Shown here piece after piece: positions 59,044-64,000 of a stretch of DNA of 64,000 nt (positions within the stretch are counted from its first letter, which is position 1; the number at the start of each line of letters is the position of its first letter). Made by a program: the position numbers and the translations under genes. The notes beneath the pieces are model-generated. The model saw only the letters and a list, made by a program, of their open reading frames with translations. It ran no database searches and had not been told where the DNA came from. Source of the DNA: an uncultured bacterium (GTDB taxonomy: Bacteria > Bacteroidota > Bacteroidia > Chitinophagales > Chitinophagaceae); NCBI GenBank assembly GCA_903920455.1, contig CAIXLY010000079.1, positions 25,937-89,936 on the forward strand, written 5' to 3'.

Positions 59044-61779
59044 ATGAAGGATTTTTCATACATCACATCGTCTCATCCATCTTATATTGAGCAGCTTTAT
59101 CAGGATTTTTCGCGTTCTCCTGAAAGTATTGATCCAGACCTGAGGAAGTTTTTTGAAGGATTCGATTTTGCCGTTTCCCAAATTCAGGATAGAAAACCTG
59201 GCGAGGGGGCTACCTTATCTGCAGAAATTGATTGGAGAAAAGAACTGGGCGTGTACCGACTGATTCTCGGCTACCGCAATAAAGGTCATCTAATTGCCAA
59301 GACTAATCCTATCAGGGAAAGAAAGGACAGAAAGCCTAATCTTGATTTAGGGTTCTTTGGTCTATCTCAGGCAGATCTCACATCAACGTTCTATGCAGGC
59401 AATTTAATTGGGTTGGGCACTGTTCAGCTATCAGATATTCTAACACATCTTGAAAAATGTTATGCTCACCATGTGGGTATTGAGTTTAAATACATCAGCA
59501 ATCAGGAGAAAATCGATTTTCTTACTCAAGAGATGGAGCATCATTTTCCAACTCCCTTATCTTTTGACAAGAAGAAGAGAATTCTTGAGAAATTGAATCA
59601 GGGTGTCATTTTTGAAAAGTTCCTTCACACAAAATACATTGGACAGAAAAGATTCTCACTCGAAGGGGGAGAAACTACCATAGCAGCATTGGATGCCATG
59701 ATCAATACCGCAAGTGAGTTGGGTGTTAAAGAAGTAGTGATTGGGATGGCCCACAGAGGCAGGTTAAATGTATTGGCTAACATCATGGGCAAAACCTATG
59801 AGCATATTTTTAGTGAATTTGAGGGCAAGTCATCTCCAGATCAAACGATGGGCAGTGGCGACGTTAAATATCATCTTGGATTTGGAAGTGAAGTAAAGAC
59901 CGATTCAGGAAATACGATTGCACTTAAGCTGATGCCCAATCCTTCTCACTTGGAGGCTGTTGATCCTGTTGTGCTTGGATTTTCACGCGCAAAAGCGGAT
60001 GTGATGTACAGCAGTGAGTATGATTCAATCCTTCCCGTCCTGATTCATGGTGATGCATCTATAGCTGGCCAGGGAATTGTTTATGAAATTCTTCAAATGT
60101 CTGGTCTTGATGGATACTCCACAGGAGGAACCATTCACTTTGTGATCAATAATCAAATTGGGTTCACCACCAACTTCGAAGATGCACGATCTGCAGATTA
60201 TTGCACTTCGCTTGCAGCAATGGTACAAGCCCCTGTGATGCACGTCAATGGTGATGATCCGGAGGCTGTTGTAAAATGCATAGAGATCGCGACTCGCTAT
60301 AGGCAACGTTTCAACAGTGATGTGTTTATTGACATGGTTTGCTATCGTAAGCATGGGCACAACGAGGGAGATGATCCTAAATTCACACAGCCACATCTGT
60401 ATGCAATCATTGAAAAGCATCTCAACCCCAGAGAGCAGTATGTTAACTTTCTACAAGAAAATGAGAGTCAGGAGATTAGGACTTTAGCCTCAGATATGGA
60501 GAAGAAGTTTTGGTCTGATTTGCAGGAGCGGTTGGATGAGGTGAAGCAGCATCCATTGCCCTATCATTACCAGGCTCCCGAGTTGGTTTGGAAGAGCCTT
60601 AAAAAAGCAGTAGCAACTGACTTTGATTACTCGCCTTCAACGGCAGTTTCTGTTGATTTGTTCAAGAAGTTGTTCGGTGCAATAATGAAAGTACCCTCAG
60701 GGTTTAAGCCGCTAAAAAAGATAGAAAAATTATTGAGTGATAAAATAAGTCTACTCGAAAAAGAAAATAAAGTTGACTGGGCAACTGGTGAACTATTGGC
60801 TTATGCGAGTTTGCTTGCTGATGGAAAGGGTGTAAGGATGAGTGGACAAGACGTAAAGCGGGGTACCTTTAGCCACCGACATGCAGTAATTTTGGATGAG
60901 CAAACCGATAGCCAGCACAATAGGCTTCAAGATATACCAGGTGCAAAAGAAAAATTCAATATTTACAATTCTTTATTGAGTGAATATGGTGTACTTGGTT
61001 TCGAATATGGTTATGCTTTGGCGAACCCAAATGCACTGGTACTTTGGGAAGCTCAGTTTGGCGATTTTTCCAATGGCGCACAAACCATGATTGATCAGTT
61101 TATTTGCAGCGCTGAGCAAAAATGGAATCGGATGAATGGGCTAGTCATGTTATTGCCCCATGGCTACGAAGGCCAAGGTCCTGAGCACAGCAGTGCAAGA
61201 ATGGAAAGATTTCTTCAGATGTGTGCTGAGCTCAATATGGTGATAACCAACATCACTACCTCCTCAAATTTATTTCATGCCCTCAGGCGTCAGATGACTT
61301 GGGGCTTTAGAAAGCCGTTAATTAATTTTTCTCCCAAGGCCAATTTGAGACATCCTGGATCTTATTCCTTGATGACTGATTTTACCGATGGAGCTTTTAA
61401 AGAGGTCATTGACGACGCCGAAGCAATTGCTGATAAAGTAAAGCGCGTGCTGTTTTGTAGCGGTAAGGTTTATTTTGACCTTAATGAATACAAGGCCAAA
61501 AATAATATTGTTGATACCGCTGTACTTCGTTTAGAGCAGCTCTATCCACTGCCAACAAAGCAACTCCATGCATTGGTAGCAAAGTATGGAAAAGCTGAGT
61601 GGACATGGGTTCAGGAAGAGCCTATGAACATGGGGGCCGCTTCATTCTTGAAGATGAACCTTGAAGGGTTTGCTTACAAAATTGTTGCACGCTCTGCCAG
61701 TGCATCAACTGCAACAGGGTTTAGTAAAATTCATGCTGCTGAGCAGGAAAGCATTGTTAATAAAGCATTCACATCATAA
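59044..61779 (+). CDS. sucA: 2-oxoglutarate dehydrogenase E1
   Basis: KRFSLEGGE, GMAHRGRLN, GDVKYHLG, NPSHLE, HGDA (TPP site), GHNEGD, LWEAQFGDF, LPHGYEGQGPEHSS. Confidence 0.98.
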   Translation: MKDFSYITSSHPSYIEQLYQDFSRSPESIDPDLRKFFEGFDFAVSQIQDRKPGEGATLSAEIDWRKELGVYRLILGYRNKGHLIAKTNPIRERKDRKPNLDLGFFGLSQADLTSTFYAGNLIGLGTVQLSDILTHLEKCYAHHVGIEFKYISNQEKIDFLTQEMEHHFPTPLSFDKKKRILEKLNQGVIFEKFLHTKYIGQKRFSLEGGETTIAALDAMINTASELGVKEVVIGMAHRGRLNVLANIMGKTYEHIFSEFEGKSSPDQTMGSGDVKYHLGFGSEVKTDSGNTIALKLMPNPSHLEAVDPVVLGFSRAKADVMYSSEYDSILPVLIHGDASIAGQGIVYEILQMSGLDGYSTGGTIHFVINNQIGFTTNFEDARSADYCTSLAAMVQAPVMHVNGDDPEAVVKCIEIATRYRQRFNSDVFIDMVCYRKHGHNEGDDPKFTQPHLYAIIEKHLNPREQYVNFLQENESQEIRTLASDMEKKFWSDLQERLDEVKQHPLPYHYQAPELVWKSLKKAVATDFDYSPSTAVSVDLFKKLFGAIMKVPSGFKPLKKIEKLLSDKISLLEKENKVDWATGELLAYASLLADGKGVRMSGQDVKRGTFSHRHAVILDEQTDSQHNRLQDIPGAKEKFNIYNSLLSEYGVLGFEYGYALANPNALVLWEAQFGDFSNGAQTMIDQFICSAEQKWNRMNGLVMLLPHGYEGQGPEHSSARMERFLQMCAELNMVITNITTSSNLFHALRRQMTWGFRKPLINFSPKANLRHPGSYSLMTDFTDGAFKEVIDDAEAIADKVKRVLFCSGKVYFDLNEYKAKNNIVDTAVLRLEQLYPLPTKQLHALVAKYGKAEWTWVQEEPMNMGAASFLKMNLEGFAYKIVARSASASTATGFSKIHAAEQESIVNKAFTS

Positions 61780-61812
61780 AGTATCACGATTCAAAACTTT
61801 CAATCGAAAAGT

Positions 61813-63006
61813 ATGATAGAAATAAAAGTACCAACAGTAGGAGAATCAATTAACGAGGTAAGTCTTGCCAAGTGGTTAAAAAAAGATGGCCAATGGGTTG
61901 AACGAGACGAGGTACTCGCAGAGATAGAAAGTGAAAAAGCCACTTTCGAAATCAATGCTGAGCAGTCTGGTTTGTTGAAGATTCTAGTTGCTGAGGGTGA
62001 TACATTAGGAATAGGTGATATCGTTTGCTCTATCGATGATAAAGCTACAAGACCTGCCGATGTTCCTAAAGCGGTAACAGAGGAAAAACCTTCCAAAAAA
62101 GTTGAGCAAGTAGTAAAGCAAGATGTAAAGGCCAGTCCGGTTGCTGCTGCAATTATCGCAGATAAGAAAGTTGATGCAAAGGCTATTGCACCTTCTGGAA
62201 CTGGTGGTAAAATACTCAAGCAGGACGTATTGGAAGCGCTCTCAACCCCTGGTCGAAAAGCGGGTACGGTATTGTTTGGAAGGGGTGAGCGAAAAGAGAA
62301 AATGACCCAATTGAGGAAGACTGTTTCACGCAGATTGGTGGAGGCTAAAAATACTACTGCAATGTTAACCACATTTAATGAGGTTGATATGAGCCATGTA
62401 ATGGAAATCCGATCCCAGTATAAGGATAAATTTAAGGAAGTTCATGGTGTTGGACTTGGATTCATGAGTTTCTTTACAAAAGCATGTGCATTTGCTTTGC
62501 AAGAGTGGCCTGCAGTAAATGCCTATCTGAATAACGAAGAAATTGTCTATCACGATTTTTGTGATATCTCTATTGCTGTTTCTGCTCCCAAAGGGCTAGT
62601 TGTTCCAATCATTAGAAATGCGGAGAGCTTATCAATGTCAGAAGTTGAAAAGAAAGTTGTGGAACTGGCTACAAAAGCAAGAGATAATAAATTAACCCTT
62701 GAGGAAATGCAGGGTGGAACATTTACAATTACCAATGGTGGAGTTTTTGGTTCACTCATGAGTACACCCATCATCAACATACCTCAATCGGCAATCCTCG
62801 GAATGCACAAAATTGAAGATCGTGCCGTTGTTCTTAAGGGCCAAGTTGTAGTAAGGCCTATGATGTATCTCGCTTTAAGTTACGATCACCGCATAATTGA
62901 TGGTAGAGAGAGTGTTGGCTTTCTAGTTAGGGTAAAGGAGTTGCTTGAAAACCCTGCTCAATTGTTATTCGGTAAGGATCCTGTAAAATCATTGCTGGAG
63001 CTTTGA
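61813..63006 (+). CDS. sucB: 2-oxoglutarate dehydrogenase E2 (dihydrolipoyl succinyltransferase)
   Basis: Lipoyl domain ESEKAT, PSBD G.GGKI.K.DV, LTTFNE.DM, DHRIIDG. Confidence 0.98.
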   Translation: MIEIKVPTVGESINEVSLAKWLKKDGQWVERDEVLAEIESEKATFEINAEQSGLLKILVAEGDTLGIGDIVCSIDDKATRPADVPKAVTEEKPSKKVEQVVKQDVKASPVAAAIIADKKVDAKAIAPSGTGGKILKQDVLEALSTPGRKAGTVLFGRGERKEKMTQLRKTVSRRLVEAKNTTAMLTTFNEVDMSHVMEIRSQYKDKFKEVHGVGLGFMSFFTKACAFALQEWPAVNAYLNNEEIVYHDFCDISIAVSAPKGLVVPIIRNAESLSMSEVEKKVVELATKARDNKLTLEEMQGGTFTITNGGVFGSLMSTPIINIPQSAILGMHKIEDRAVVLKGQVVVRPMMYLALSYDHRIIDGRESVGFLVRVKELLENPAQLLFGKDPVKSLLEL

Positions 63007-63039
63007 TCTAGTATTCATTAAATCTATTACCATATCAGG

Positions 63040-64000
63040 ATGAGTGCATATTTTCATTCCTATCAAAATACTGCATCATCTATTCTGAATGCATATTCCT
63101 ACAGGGAACCTTTTACTTTTTATTTAAAGAAGTATTTTCGGAGGTTTAAAAAATTCGGGTCGAGAGACAGAAAGATTATTACCGATTTGTGTTTTGGTTA
63201 TTTTAGGGTAGGACAGTCTGCATTGGACTACAACGTGCAAGACCAGCTCATTATAGGCTACTATCTTACTCATCAGTTCGACAGAGGTTATCTCGAGATG
63301 TTTAGTCCATCCTTAAGCATGTCGATAGACAGAGAAATTGCAGATAAAATTGAAGTCCTCAAGACTCAATATCCAGCTTTTGATGAGCATAAAATTTTTC
63401 CTTCTCAACATCAACTGTCAACTGGAATTGATGTTGACGTTTTTTCCATTAATCACATTAAAAAGCCTGCTTTTTTTATAAGGGTAAGACCTGGTAAAAA
63501 GGATAAGGTTCTGGAGGTGCTGACAAAGAACGAAGTTAAATTTCAATCTCTAACAGATTCCTGTCTAAAGCTTTTCGGCAATGTGAATATTGAAGAACTG
63601 TTGGATATTGATGCAGATTGTGTTGTTCAAGATTATGGGTCACAGCAGACTTTTGATGTATTGAGTGGTATTGCTTTTCCTAAATATCTCTCAATCTGGG
63701 ACGCTTGCGCGGGCAGTGGCGGAAAGTCAATTTTGGCTCGAGATATTTTTCCTCAAGCAAAACTATATGTATCTGATATTCGGGAAGATATTCTTGAGGA
63801 ATTGGACTACCGATTTAAGCTTGCTCATATTATTCCTGAAAAAGTTTTTTGTACTGATTTGCAGCACCCCCTATCTTCTCAGGTTTCGATTTCAAATCTA
63901 CCTAAAGGCGGAGTAGATCTGATTATTGCAGATGTACCTTGCACTGGTTCAGGTACATGGGGGAGGAGCCCTGAATGGCTTAGATCATTTGATGAAACGT
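63040..64000 (+). CDS. RsmB/NOP2 (Fmu/Sun-like) RNA cytosine-C5 methyltransferase, truncated by the window end
   Basis: Hand translation from ATG 63040 stays open to the end: ...VQDYGSQ...WDACAGSGGKS...DVPCTGSGTW. Not in the ORF track because there is no stop. Confidence 0.9.
   Translation, partial: MSAYFHSYQNTASSILNAYSYREPFTFYLKKYFRRFKKFGSRDRKIITDLCFGYFRVGQSALDYNVQDQLIIGYYLTHQFDRGYLEMFSPSLSMSIDREIADKIEVLKTQYPAFDEHKIFPSQHQLSTGIDVDVFSINHIKKPAFFIRVRPGKKDKVLEVLTKNEVKFQSLTDSCLKLFGNVNIEELLDIDADCVVQDYGSQQTFDVLSGIAFPKYLSIWDACAGSGGKSILARDIFPQAKLYVSDIREDILEELDYRFKLAHIIPEKVFCTDLQHPLSSQVSISNLPKGGVDLIIADVPCTGSGTWGRSPEWLRSFDET

Noticed and set aside
61800-62372. 190-aa minus-strand ORF in the track
   Set aside because: Entirely antisense to sucB with no recognisable motifs; a shadow ORF.
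329-62780. The many 60-170 aa alternative-frame or antisense ORFs in the track (e.g. 11870-12373, 24136-24567, 60025-60420)
   Set aside because: They overlap well-supported genes and show no family motifs.
1-64000. CRISPR arrays, IS elements, rRNA/tRNA genes, anti-phage defence operons
   Set aside because: No regularly spaced repeats, transposase motifs, RNA-gene signatures or recognisable defence domains were seen. YraN is a widespread housekeeping-type nuclease.

Overview
This is a core-chromosomal window from a Bacteroidota genome. The gene set and order (parAB-DUF5683-dapB, lon-porQ, surE-lpxB, TAnnTTTG-type promoters, few SD sites) point to Chitinophagaceae, which is an inference. It holds about 58 CDS, mostly housekeeping: parAB, lon, porQ, lpxB, surE, topoisomerase IV parE/parC, accD, smpB, a fused trpEGDCFBA-hisHAF(IE) operon, manA, phoH, fluC, rpe, guaA, rpsT, sucAB and an RsmB-family methyltransferase. 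One visibly AT-richer accessory glycosylation locus lies at about 35.9-46.4 kb. I saw no rRNA, tRNA, CRISPR, transposase or prophage. Most interesting observations: (1) a complete ribosome-mediated attenuator ahead of the trp-his operon whose 17-aa leader peptide carries adjacent Trp-His codons, suggesting one attenuator that senses two amino acids; (2) a phage-CI-like HTH-S24 repressor with a palindromic CTAA-N5-TTAG site in its own promoter, a candidate non-canonical LexA; (3) a tandem pair of tyvelose-epimerase-like SDRs, one with the catalytic Tyr replaced by Phe, followed by a GtrB/DPM-like GT2 with no canonical start codon (probable CTG start); (4) a DUF1835 gene inserted between parE and parC. 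Family assignments come from motif recognition and recall, not database searches.
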